Position numbers and translations under genes: made by a program
Shown here: piece by piece, positions 12,745 to 24,648 of the stretch
How positions within the stretch are numbered: the first letter of the stretch is position 1
Layout of the letters: each line of letters begins with the position of its first letter
Notes under the pieces: model-generated
Seen by the model: only the letters and a program-made list of their open reading frames with translations
Told to the model about the DNA's origin: nothing
Database searches by the model: none
Source: Anthoceros angustus
Lineage: Eukaryota; Plantae; Anthocerotophyta
DNA length: 64,000 nt
Assembly (NCBI GenBank): GCA_010909165.1
Contig: MU008177.1
Coordinates: forward strand, 620,001 to 684,000
Direction of reading: 5' to 3'

Positions 12745-13012
12745 TAATGAAATAGATTAGGGTTAGGGCACTATTCACTAGGGTACCTAACTTAATCATC
12801 TTTATCTACCTAGGGCATTAAGTAGTTACTAGTTAGTTGCTCTAGGTAGTTAGTGGTTAGGTAGTTATAACTACTTGATGGTTACAACTACTTATGGTTG
12901 TAACCACCTAACCTCCTAACCACCTTGCCTATAAATAGGCTTTGTATTTTGTATTAAATCAATTGTCATATAAGAATCTCTTTCTCAAGAGCCTAGTGCA
13001 TGATTTTCATCA
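12745..13012 (+). repeat. 3' LTR (268 bp)
   Basis: Differs from the 5' LTR by about 2 substitutions and 1 indel by eye. Confidence 0.95.
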
Positions 13013-13698
13013 AATAAAGGCTCCTCCGCCCTTGGGCGTAGTATAAGAGGGCAGGGTCCGCTCTAGTAAAGCATCTTTCTTTTGGGGTGGATGCCGCGTT
13101 CTCTTGTAGACCTTTGTGCGTCTTTTGCTAACGCGAGTCCTGAGTCACTGAGCAGGCACGACAGCCCCGTAGAGATTGATCAATGTCCTGGTGACGGACC
13201 CTAACGTGTGGTGGTGTGTGCAGGGGCGAACGACTAGAGACCCTTGCTCTTTCAGAGCCGGGGGCCGACGTCGGACGGACCAGAACGCGTGAGCCGGTGG
13301 AACTCCGGGAGGGCGTGTAGAGCCCGGATGGAGAGCCCTGGCGGAACGACAACGGAGGTCCGGACCACGCAACCCACCCAGTCTTTCCAAACGAACGATG
13401 AGCGTAGTGAGAGTGGTAAGGAAGACGGACTAGAGCGAGGCGGGTGCAGGATCTGACGAGCAGGTCCTTAAACGTTTGGCCACGCCGTTCCTGTTCGGTG
13501 GACGTTAAGAGTAGTTAGTAGTAAAACTGCGATCGCGCGTGCTTCGAGTCCGAAACGGTCACGACGGTGAGGTGAGAATCAGTTGAGATGTGCCAAACGG
13601 AACCTATCATTCTCTTGGGAACGAACCCCTTACTACAATGACACGGGACCGTGCGCGCCCGGCTGGCCGTCAGCGAAAGTCGCGCCACAGGAGGGTAG

Positions 13699-14403
13699 GT
13701 GGTTAACACAGCCGAGGAGAAATTGGTGCACACTGCAATAGATGGGGCAACTCTGATTGAGGACGATAATGTTACTTTGCCTTCCCCACCTTGTACCACA
13801 ACTTTATGCAGGAGTTCAACAGATGCCCATGTGACATATACAATTGAGAATGCAGATTCCATGTGGGCTACACGTGAGTGTGCTCAAGGGAGGAAAGGCT
13901 TTATTTGTAAACATTTTGTGAAAGTGCAGGATATGCTTGGAGTGCTCTCATACACACTCCGGATGAAACGTCAATATGCAGCAACGAATGGTCTGGTAAT
14001 TCAGGAGCCTGTAACGACTCTTGCTTTATGTGATAATAGAGAACAGGTGATTGAAAGCGTTTCGTGTAACCTGCAACCCGCTGTGGAGGGTGTTTTATGT
14101 AATGAAGGCGGAACAGAAGATCAAATTCGCTTCCCGGAACAAGATTGCAATGCTATTGTGAATTTGATGCACAAGAATAAGGAAGTCCTGGGGGATGCAG
14201 CACTTTTGGTGAAACGTACAATCATGGATGTCCGGCGTTTGATTACATATGAGCAGGAAATGCCTGCAGCACGACATCCTCTTCAAGCATTCACCACCAA
14301 CGAGGGAGACAACAACATCGTGAGGACTAAGCCATTCTTCTCCCCACCGAAGAAAAAGAAGAAGAGAGTGACTTGGAAGTTATCAGCAGACAAAGAAAAC
14401 TAG
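13699..14403 (+). pseudogene. MULE/SWIM transposase pseudogene, 3' part
   Basis: SWIM-like motif ECAQGRKGFICKH and C-terminal PPKKKKK; joins in frame to ...CKEGD (ends 1672) if 1673-13698 is removed. Confidence 0.75.
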
Positions 14404-15288
14404 CGTAGGTGTAGGTGCGATGTAGGTGCCAGTAATGTCTCCCTTCAGATGTTTTGACCAATGCTGCAATTAATCAAAAACTCAATCTTGGTGATCGTCT
14501 TCTCCGCTCCTCTTGGTGATCCTCCTCTATGCTTGCCTCAGTGCATCCCAGCCGCGCATGCCTGAACGCTGTGCGTGCCGACGAGTTCGACTTTGTATCG
14601 TGCCAGAGTATCGCCACGGTATTCAGGACGACGGGAATTTGAATTAGTTCCCCTCACCTCCGGTAGCCCGGTCGCGGGTTGGCCCGGATACGAGATAGAG
14701 GGGCAGGGGAGAGGAAGGCCATGCTCATGGCATGGCATGTTGGTTTGCCAGGCCGTACCCTGGCGAACCGATATTTAGGCCTAGCCCAAGAAGACCACGT
14801 GAAAACATATGGTTTGCCATCTGGTTTGCATTTGAATGACTAAGCTAGGTGTTGCCTCTACAAACTTTTCCTTTATGTTCGTTCATATGTCTCTCTAAAG
14901 ATGGTTGGGCTTTTTCTTTGAAAATAGCAATTTGAAGACAACGGACTTTCTACACAATCCATCCACAGAAGCATAAAAGACTTTGAGCACCAGCCGAATG
15001 AGCTTCTCTACGGGCACAAGTTTCAAGAGGTTTGATGCGATGCTGCTACTACGAAACCAACGCGAAAGTGTGCCTACGGTCATCAGCTTCACCCACCAAT
15101 CACCACGAATTACAAGCCGCTGATTAGGATTTCCCTGCCAAAAACCTTTTCCCCTACCCCACTCTAGACATTATGTAGCAGTTGGCCCCCGCCTTGGATC
15201 CGGCTATAAGCAAATGTTGTGGAGAGCCACTAGTCCTGCATCGAGGGAGCTATTGGAGGTCTGGAGTAGGTACCGAATACTCCAAATA

Positions 15289-16420
15289 TCAACCAATGAG
15301 TACCCATTTCTCACAATCCTGCGAGTGACGGAGAACATCATCCCACTTGATGTCGCGGTGCATTAAGCCATTCCCATACAAATACTGCAAAGCTTTAAGC
15401 AAACATCTGAGACAAGGCCACAGCTCAGCAGAAGTTGTAGGTTTATCAACCTTGACCCTCTCTACTATCAAAGTGCAGATGTCATCTTTTGAACCGACAT
15501 ATATCCCCGCAAGCCGGCTTCCCTCCATCATTCCAAAGAGCACACACTGTAATATGAAAACCACGTGTAAAGTATGCCAAGATGAAGGGCAGGCTCACGT
15601 AATTCCATTCCATCTTTTCTAAAAGCTCGTTTCTTGGATCACCAGCAATTGTCAGACCTTTTTCTTCCCCTCTCCAACGAGCATATTTTCTGTCGCCAAA
15701 CATGAAAACCTTATCTGGCCTAAGAGTGCTTGAAGTCCCTTTGTTCCGCGATGTAGACCAATCCCCGTCGAAGATAAGGAAAAGAGTCATCAATAACCGT
15801 GTCATACAAATGGTGAAAATCATTAATTGAAGAATATGTATCTGAAGGCATCGGAGGTGCAATAATGGCGTTCAACATACGAGAAATGCCAAAATTGACT
15901 TCATCAGGTTTCGCTTATGTGAACAAATGATTCCGGTTGGGAGGCAGCAGGTAGAAGAATTTCGGATCAACAAGAAACAAGTCCAATGCAGGAGTTTGGA
16001 GAATAGAGAGCAGATCCACACGGTCACAGAGCTTCCAAACAGTGCGCGCGGATTGCCCTTCGAACCTGGAAACTTCTATCCACCCTCGGCACTGCCAAAC
16101 CCTCACCCGGCACCTGAACTGGTGCTCGAACAGCTGTTGCGAAGGGAGTCTCGGGGCTCGTTGCTCCGTGAGGAGTCACAAACACTGTATTTTTGCCATG
16201 CTGCTCAAAAACCTCTCAGAGGTTCCTATCCAACTCCATCTTCTCCCCACCAAGCTTCCATAAATGCAAATTCTCAGGCCCCATGACACCATTAAACGTC
16301 CTGAAAATACGTTTGGACTTCTCCCAGATTCGTTCGAGCAAAATGCCTAACATCATTCCGAAGCAACCCCTTTGAAAAACGCACAAAATACTCAAGCGGT
16401 TCCCATGATAACAGGCTATT
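15289..16420 (-). pseudogene. Crinkler-like REase + protein kinase pseudogene
   Basis: FHHLYDTVI, TSSTLRPD..F..RGEEK..DPRNELLEKMEWNY..PFILAY and kinase loop GLMHRDIKWDDVL...WVLI; multiple frameshifts and stops. Confidence 0.65.
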
Positions 16421-16952
16421 TCCAAATTCCAGCAGGAAGCCCATCATCTTCATAGAAGTATGCAAGAAGGCATCGGTGCATCCGCAGGATACTGTGGCAT
16501 CTGTGGGTCTCCTGCAGGCACGTGCACTTGAGTGTACGGAAATTCAGAAATTTACGGGGAAGCAGGTTCATGGAAGGCCATTGTTACAACCTTTACCATT
16601 CTAGGGGGATAGGACACCCTATACATGATCGTGTGAGTCCAACTAAAATAATTTCTTTTTTAATAAGGAACAAGAAAATTACTCCAAATGTGACACCCCC
16701 TAGTTAATCTACCACGTAGGGCAATTACCACGAGAGAGCATAGGCCCAGGAGCACCTCAAAATAGTTCACACTTCTCCAAGCCTCCAAGCTCAAGCTGTA
16801 TATGTCATTTATGCATTCAGAGCTTCCCTCCTGTTGTTAAGTACATAGGACAGCACTACGCCAAAAGACCCGCTGACAATCCTCGACTTGCGGAATAAGT
16901 GGATCTTATCCTCAACTCAATACCTCGCAAAAATAAGGACCCACTGGGATCA

Positions 16953-17269
16953 CCTGAGGGGTGATTCGGTATTAATTAATTAAAATTAATAAAAATTGAA
17001 TACTGAATACTGAATGCGTAAAAAATTATGAGTTTAAGATACCGAAAACAAGGAAACTAGGGTTTGTGTGGGAAATTAAGGCTTGTTTAGGGGAGGTCTA
17101 TACATATCCATTGGTTCTATATAAATACCTACATATTTTAATAAATATTAAAATTTAATAAATTTATTTTAAATAAATATTAAAATATTAAAATATAAAT
17201 ATTTATGTTGATCTTTATTTTTTCAAAAAATAATTATTTTAGCATTATCCTGTTGAACCACCCCTCGGG
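16953..17269. mobile_element. Possible AT-rich MITE
   Basis: CCTGAGGGGTGATTC / GAACCACCCCTCGGG imperfect inverted ends around an AT-rich core; no TSD found. Confidence 0.35.
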
Positions 17270-17930
17270 GTACGGTAGTTTGGCTGGACGCTTGAATCAT
17301 GGAAACGCGCCCTAACTTATTTAGGGCACGGAACACGTGACTTATTTGCAGCACGAACTTCGCACAGTGGACGAGGTGCTATAAGTACAGAGCTTTGCTG
17401 CGGTACAATTTTACCGAAAAGAGTTTAGTGGGTAACAAATACTGTGGGGATTATCACCGTGTGGAGGGAAATGTGCCCTTCGCGGAAGTTTTTGGAAGAA
17501 GCTGCTCCTCACGACCCATGACATATTATCACATTATGGGCGTCGCTTTGTACAAAGGATGATGGTTCCGGCTCTCCGGTGTCCTGGCTACCGTAGTCAC
17601 CAGGATCCATGTTGATAGGGATGTTGATTGATCCACGCTGGGCCTTCCGTCCGGAAGAGAATGTCCTGAAGGAAGAGTGCAATCAGGAGCCGTTCTGCAC
17701 AGTCTGGCCACAACCAGTCCATCTCCTGACAAATATTTGCAACCATGCAGGACTCCAAGTCGATGCGCAGAGGTGCGACAGTCCTCACCACCGTTCTTCT
17801 CATGGCGTTCAATAATCTTCCCACACGGTAGAGGCCTTCGTCAGCCTCTATGATACAGGCGAAGTATACACAACTCAATTTGCCACTAATTATCTTACAA
17901 GCTAGAAATGATTTGAGCCCAACATCTCCT

Positions 17931-19059
17931 TTACGGCACATCATCCATCATATGATGCAGGTCATAACCTACTTGCAGGAACTGTGATGCCCTGCGTGAT
18001 CAACCAGGAGGTAAGTCAGCTAGTCAGAAAGTAAGACTATGACAAGGGTCTGAGCGATGTCAAAACGAAAGCACCTACCAAGATCATCCTACAGCAGATA
18101 TCTTACCATTTGGGCACATCACTCATTCCCAGCCCGTTGCAAGTCAATATCATTCCCTTGAAACGGTTGAGATACTCCTGCAATATGTAATGTCGTAATG
18201 GGGTAAGATACAGGAACTTGCAAGGTACTGGTAATCCAACCCAACCGAAGTAGGCACTGAGCAAATACGGTTCACATGAGACATACAGTAATACTGTAAT
18301 CTTGCAAATCAAACTCTCCACGAAGATCATAATCCTGACGCTTGACAGGATCGCTTAGAACTGAAGACTCAACAGCAGAACAAGATCAGTTCATTTCGTC
18401 TCGAAGTCTCTTAAGGCATGTTCTTCCACACTGCTAACTCTTCTTTAACCTTGAGACAAAAACCAAAACGAGAGGAGCACGGATGCAAAATAACTACCTT
18501 TGTATGCTTCGTTTATCTCCTGAAACCTCAAAGTAGCAGCATTGTCACCATTATGCTTGTCTGGATGCCACTTCTGCATCCCCACAACAGCGTCTAGAAA
18601 CGTGTTCACAGGCTTGTGCAGCAGTAGAAAGCTGAACAACAAAGAGAAAACAACACTCACCAAAGCAAGGCGCAGGTAGCTTGATCGAATTGCATCTTCA
18701 GTAGCATCATAGTCTACATCTAGTATTCTGTAATAATCCTGCACGCACGTACAATACAGGACAATTAGAACATAGCAACAATCACTTCATTCAGATATCT
18801 GTACAAATGCACAAGGTCTGTTGTGATGAGGGCAACAACAAAGCCCATCTCAACAGATTTGTACCTCGCATGTAAGTTGCACACAAAATTCAACAAACCA
18901 GTGTCAGGCGTCATACATGGAACACCAAATACTTTTGTGCACTGTCTCTAGATGTCAGCAATATCAGCTTTCGGCTTTCATATGCACGCAACTCACATTT
19001 CTGCCAGATGAGGAAGCGTCCAAGCTAATTCCTTTCACTTTCTCCTTGCCCCGCTCCAT
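17931..19059 (-). CDS. Small DnaJ (J-domain) protein, ~6 coding exons
   Basis: Spliced MERGKEK..|[15 protein letters not shown]|[16 protein letters not shown]|[12 protein letters not shown]|[17 protein letters not shown]; HPD motif; GT-AG introns. Confidence 0.88.
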
Positions 19060-20804
19060 CCAACAAACCCGAAAGCCTCACATGCACAATAATATTGCTG
19101 CAACTACTACCGACCAAAAACTAGCCTAAACCTTTCGATCAAGGCGTCAATCAACCCTCAGAAACGGGCAAACGAGTTGCACAACTGGAGTTAAAATCGT
19201 TCGGCTGGCCGCAATTTAGGGTATGCAAGTCAACACTGTGGAGGTAACAACATAAACAAAATGCCTACTGGATATACCCATCCCCTGCCAGAGACAACTT
19301 CCTTTTCCCTCAAAGCTACTTCCGAGCTACAGAACCGGATCGCCTCAAAAACCTAGCTAAGCTTGCATTCCACGCACGTCTTTCAAACCAGCCGCTGGGA
19401 AAAGACAGAACGGAATCCTCCCTCTGAGAGCGGGCCTGCCCACAGCAGGACGGGCACGTTCACAACGTGCCAGACTGAGAGCCGGCAAGGACCAAATCGG
19501 AAAATCAGGTGTAACACAACCGAACCTTTTGATTCTCAGGAGCAAGGTTGACGCCTCTGCAACTAGAACTGTGCCACCCCATCGTACAGCGCCGCTTTTT
19601 CCCTCCTAACAACACTGAGCCGTCACATGTGTAGGCGTCCACAATGTCGGTATCCACATTCTAGGGCAGAAGGCAAGCTCCAGCAACCGACCTGCATTCA
19701 TCCCACAATAATCACATTCGCACATGTCAATACACCTTGACGGATGCATCCCGAACCACACCAAGCACCATCCAGCATCATCCAAACCCCGCAGGCCACC
19801 TCGCACAGACAGCATCCACAGAACTGCAAAATCCGCACCACCGCATTCAGCAAACACCAAATTCCAACTCAGAATCATTACACTGCGCAGCCGACCACCA
19901 GGACCTGGGTCTCGAGATGATCGATACCATGCATTCCCTGAGAGCCCTGGCACGAATCAATTCAGCGGCATTGCGCCACTTGCATGCGCTACAGCCGTGC
20001 CGCGCCTTGACAACTGCGACAAAGATCGCACCGCTTTGTCGGAATCTGTCAGAGTAGGAGGTGATGAAGGAGTGATGCAGCACAAGGCACAAGGCTAGCG
20101 TTTATCGCGAACCTTGCCACCTCCGGTGCCGGACCTACTCCACAGACCTCGCTGGACGTCTCCGAGCCACGGTCAGCACCGACCCAGCCAAGGCATGACC
20201 CAGGCCCGGACCCTGTCGTAACACCCGGTCAACGTACCGAGTAGGCCCTTGCCGATTTTTCCGTGTCGGAAGATATTTATGATAGAAATCCATCCCTCGA
20301 TTCCCAACGCTCGTACAGGCACCGAGGCAAGCAGCCGTGGCCTGGGTGCTCCCCGAACGTGCACAGGTACAAGGTCCGGACCCAAACCTACGTCGCAATC
20401 TCGGGCTGGCTTTGTCTTGATGGAGACAACAGAAGGAGCCTTGCACGACAGGCTGGTCGTGGCACGAACTTGGGAGTCGGATTCATCCTCATCAAGCATT
20501 CAGGGAATTGAACGACTTCGATCTTCTCTGAACCATTTTGGATTCAGGAATTCATGTTTGAACGCAGCCAGGCTCCCTGGCCGGATCGTGATTCATGTTA
20601 GCACGTCTCAACAAGTTCTCATCTAGGACGTCTCCTTGCGTTTTCGTATGCACAGAGCTGGAGATCCCTGACCTTTTGAGCCGTCAATTCATTCGTTGCT
20701 GGCCGCAATAGACAGTCCCTTTCTGACGTCCTTGGTACAATCTCGCCGGAATTGAGTTCCCAGGAGGACTGTCCTTGCAGATCTGTGGAGTAGTCTTGCA
20801 AGTC

Positions 20805-21533
20805 ATGGAGGACGTGAACGATTTAACACCTGAAGACAATCCCTGTCAGAGCAGGATCCGTGCCCTGGGTGGAAGCCGGAATTCTCAAGATGCCAGCACG
20901 GACTTGATGCTCCTGAGTCAGGCTCCGCTTGGCTGTATACAGAGCATCTTGGATTCGCTGGGGCCGGAGCCGGAGCCGGAGCCGGATTTCTGCAGGATCA
21001 GGCAAGGGGACAACAGCGTGGAGATGATCATTCTGGTGCCGGTGGACATAGTTTGGGGTGTGATCACAGACTGGTTCGGCTGGGTGTATGGATGGCCAGA
21101 TGATGTGCTTATCATGCCACTTGCGGGATCGAATGCGTGCCCGGGGGCCATGCGCTACTTGACGGATTGCACCAATCCGGGTGGAATTTGGATGGTGGAG
21201 AGGCTCCTCGGCGTATGGCCTGCTCAGAACGAGATCTCTTACCGAGTGGAGGCCAGCAACGTTGACGGGATCAGCGGACACCAGGGATCTTGCCGCCTTT
21301 CACGCATAGCTATCTCCTGTGGCGGTACCACAGATCCTGCCTCCCAGAGTGATGATAGACATGATAGAATGCGTGGGGGAGTGGGAGGCTTCAGGGAGGG
21401 ATGCAGAGTGGTTTGGAGCTTCGAATTACCTGAGGACGCCGCTGGAAATGGCTTCACGGAGGAACTTGTGCGCCAGAGTTTGATCACTTACATCAAGCGC
21501 CTCGAGAAATTCTGCATCCGCAATCTTTGCTAG
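20805..21533 (+). CDS. SRPBCC/polyketide-cyclase (Bet v1/START-like; LFS/PYL-related fold) protein A, intronless
   Basis: PVDIVWGVITDW..WP..PGAMR..WMVERLL..ISYRV..VVWSFEL pattern. Confidence 0.75.
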   Translation: MEDVNDLTPEDNPCQSRIRALGGSRNSQDASTDLMLLSQAPLGCIQSILDSLGPEPEPEPDFCRIRQGDNSVEMIILVPVDIVWGVITDWFGWVYGWPDDVLIMPLAGSNACPGAMRYLTDCTNPGGIWMVERLLGVWPAQNEISYRVEASNVDGISGHQGSCRLSRIAISCGGTTDPASQSDDRHDRMRGGVGGFREGCRVVWSFELPEDAAGNGFTEELVRQSLITYIKRLEKFCIRNLC

Positions 21534-22024
21534 CAGAATTATGTTCTCTAAGTGCTGTTTTGTTAGCATGGGAAGGGGACATGGGTTCAAGTTTCAACGG
21601 TCGAACGATTTACGAATTGTTTTTGTGCCTGTGCGATTTATGAACGGTGTCTGTGTCTGTGCCAGTTGGCCGGGGGAATTTGGTCTTCCAGTCCACCTTG
21701 TGCCGCTTGCGACACCGAGACTGCTCCCATGTTTGTAGACAGCTGCTGCATAGAGCATCTCAGCGCTTCCCTGAACGCCAAGAAGAAGCGAAGATGCATA
21801 ATCACGGCTGTAACCCAGCCTGCCCTAGCGGGAAGGAACCACAACAGTTTGCACTGGATGGTTGGGATCACGGCCTGTGAGACCTTATGGGGAACGCTAG
21901 GGGGCGGGGCTAGCTGATGCGACTCCTGCTGGTGAAAAACGATGTCACAATAGTGCGGGAACAGTCCAACGTTGAATGTTGCGGTTCCCCTAAGACGGGG
22001 GCCAAGTATGCTTGTGGAGCTGCC

Positions 22025-24457
22025 ATGAGCGTGAGCCTCGCAGAGATGGATTCAACCTTGATTTGCCGATGGTTTGCTACGATACGTCGTTGCAGCGGAG
22101 CCTAACAGGTTTCGTTTTCAGCAGAATTACATATACTCGAGATTCCGAGATGCGGTGGTGGCGATGGGCCAACTTGTGAACATCTATGGCAAGATTGTTG
22201 AGTTTGATCAGCCTCGGCAGAGTCGTGGTTCAGGTGCCCTCTCTACCTGCTCGTTTCTCGCATTCTGAAAGAAAACTCTGCTAGAGGTTACTGATCTAGT
22301 GGCTTCTTGGTCGGACAGACATTACGTGCACAATGACTTTGAGGGATATGTCTTACCCTGAGGGCCTGCGGGTAATTGTGTTTGCCTCCAGTTTAGACCT
22401 CATACCTCAGGTGCGGGCCGTTGGGGACGTCATCCGGTTTCATCGTGTTAGGGTGAGAGGTTGCAAAGTTTTGAAAATAAGTTCGGGGATGTGGGAGCGG
22501 AGGATGACAGTGTGCTTAGTGGCTCGGACGATTTGTGGTTTTGCAGATGACTGCTCACAGCAATGCCCCGCAGGCCATTGCGAAGATTCAAGGGTCTGCT
22601 CAGTTTCTCCTCTTTAGTGGCAAGAAGGATGACAGCACCGACCCCTATCAGCAGTCATCCAGGAACTACACCAAACGGGACATAGATATCGAAATACTCA
22701 CCTTGTTTCGTAACTGGCACGATTTTCTCCCCGCTGAACCCGGTGGCATCTCTGTCTCCTTCCCTTTTTTCTCTCTGATGAACCCCTCTGTAAGTTTGAT
22801 GTACATGTTATGTGGGACTGTCTGTGTTTATCATTCTGATGTCTCTGCAGCGAGTAGCAACCAATACAAGATGCCGATCAAAGGTTTAAAGCATGGCTGC
22901 TTCTTTGACATCTGCTGTCAGGTCAGACTCTGTGCTGTTGATGGTGCTGTGCTGTTGTTCAAGCAACAAAAGTGGTTTTTCTGTATCTTGACAGACTGGT
23001 GTATGATCTGCTTGCCAGATATTGCTGATTGTTGGTAGAGGCGAAGACCAGGGATTTATCATCTACGTATGGGACGGAACGGATGCTCCTCCAGCCCCTA
23101 TTGGGTGAGTTGAGTCTAGAATGGATACTTTTGAGTGCTGTTAGTTTTCGTATTTGAATAACTAACAGTGAACTGTCCACGATCTTAATGCTCTATGGCT
23201 CTTGTCGTGTTTTGCATGGTTCTCCGGACAATTCCTCCAATTCTTAGAATTTCTCCAGGGGATGAAGAGTTGCCAAAAGCAGTGTCTCCTCCAAGAGAGA
23301 CCCTCTGTGCTTTTCCTTCGAAGGGCACAGTCCTGCCTCTCCTTCCTGATGCACCTGAGCAGAAGCTGCCATTGCAACTTCCAGATGCGGGCAGCTGGGT
23401 GCTGTTCCGGAACTTGAAATGCAGGGTGTGGAATGGAGTCTATGGAGGTATTTGGACACGGGAAAGCAAGCTTATCCGCAGACTTGATCCTGACAGTCCT
23501 TCGGTGACAGAATGTATGAGGTGAATACTGCCAGGACTTATTGTTGGCATGGTCTTCAGTTCTTAGGTAGTAGCGAGATGGAAGAAAGGAAATTGAATTG
23601 TCTGTTTGACGTTAACATCGGGGTTATTAGGGTTTATGCAGACCGGGTGGACCAGGTGTCCCAGTGGGCACCAGTGCCTCTCCAGTCCATCACCGGTATG
23701 AATATCCAGACGATATTGAGCCGCTGAGACCAGATCAGGGAAGACCATTCATACCGTGCATTTGGTGCTGATCTCATGTGGATCTTGCAGTGACAGACTA
23801 CGAAAATGTGACACTCTCAACCTTAAGGGAGGTATTGGTGCATCCACAGGTATGCCTGAGTTCCAGGTCAGGGAGTTGTTCTCTTGGGCCTGAAAGCTTC
23901 GAAGTGCTTACTATTGGTACGCTCGGGATGCAGGTTACATATAAGTTCCGTTGTCTTGTTCGCGTGGTATCGACGTTCCCCTCTGACTTTGTAGACTTTT
24001 GCGGTATGGTACCCGATGAGACCGGGAATGACGAGTCTTCTGGAACAACTCAGTATGTGTATGCAGTCCGGCTAACTCTGGAAGATCCTACAGCTCGGCT
24101 TCAGGCGTACCTCTGTGGGGAGGATGCGGTGAGTTTGTTGTGGACAGGAAAACTTGATAGTCGGTATTTTAGTATACTATGCAGCAGTGAGTACACAAAG
24201 CAAAACGTACATGATCCTATTCTATGGGACGTTTGCAGGTCCAATTTTTCAACGGTCATCCAGCCAGGGACCTTCACAGCCAAGGAGCAACTGTGGGTGC
24301 TCTGGAGAGGAAAGTAAAGAGGCTTCTAGGGGTCGGTGATACTGATTGGCGAAACCCGCCCTGGATCAAGTGCTGCTTGAAATCGTATTATCTTGATAAG
24401 CAGCATCAAATGGACACCAGGCGTTTCAGGATATTTGGGACCACTCTTCCTGGGTAG
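22025..24457 (+). CDS. POT1: Protection of telomeres 1, ~11 exons
   Basis: OB1 VNIYGKIVEF..PRQSRGSD, P.VRAVGDVIRFHRV; OB2 YVWDGTDAPP; C-terminal TYKFRCLVRVV, RLTLEDPTARL, RNPPWIKCCLKSYY, RFRIFGT; start exon inferred. Confidence 0.93.
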
Positions 24458-24648
24458 CCAGCATCACAAACCACAAACAATTGCTAAGAACAGACACAAG
24501 AAGCATCAAAGCATACCTTTGTGACAAGCAATCTGAAAGCCTCCCTTGACAGGTCATATTACTGGGAAAGTGGAAAACCTTGAGCAGACAGCTCGAGCAT
24601 GAAATTCACTGCGCAAGCTTGCTCACTCAGAGGACCCAGTAGTAAACG

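Larger units (their letters stand above)
5903..13012 (+). mobile_element. Non-autonomous Ty1/Copia LTR retrotransposon, intact boundaries
   Basis: Near-identical LTRs at 5903-6171 and 12745-13012; AATAA TSD at 5898-5902 and 13013-13017; PBS TGGTATCAGAGC at 6172-6183; purine-rich tract at 12733-12744. Confidence 0.95.
1673..13698 (+). mobile_element. Insertion into the MULE ORF; unclassified element, probably LTR/Gypsy-derived (~4.9 kb without the nested Copia)
   Basis: Boundaries inferred from restoring the host frame KEGD|VVNT; GTAG at both ends; GCACTCCGGAG repeats at ~1790-1910; no LTR pair seen. Confidence 0.55.
537..14649 (+). mobile_element. Degenerate MULE element bounded by imperfect inverted repeats (537-591 / 14607-14649)
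   Basis: AACTAATTCAAGTTCCCGTCGACCT..CCGTGGCGATACT at left matches the reverse complement of AGTATCGCCACGG..AGGACGACGGGAATTTGAATTAGTT at right; true termini and TSD not found. Confidence 0.55.

Noticed and set aside
1673-13698. The 12 kb insert as a spliceable GT-AG intron
   Set aside because: Ends lack donor consensus and a pyrimidine tract, and the host ORF has other stops; probably coincidence.
19350-20650. Multiple ~100 aa ORFs between DnaJ and SRPBCC gene A
   Set aside because: No recognisable domain or consistent spliced model; may be UTR or promoter sequence.
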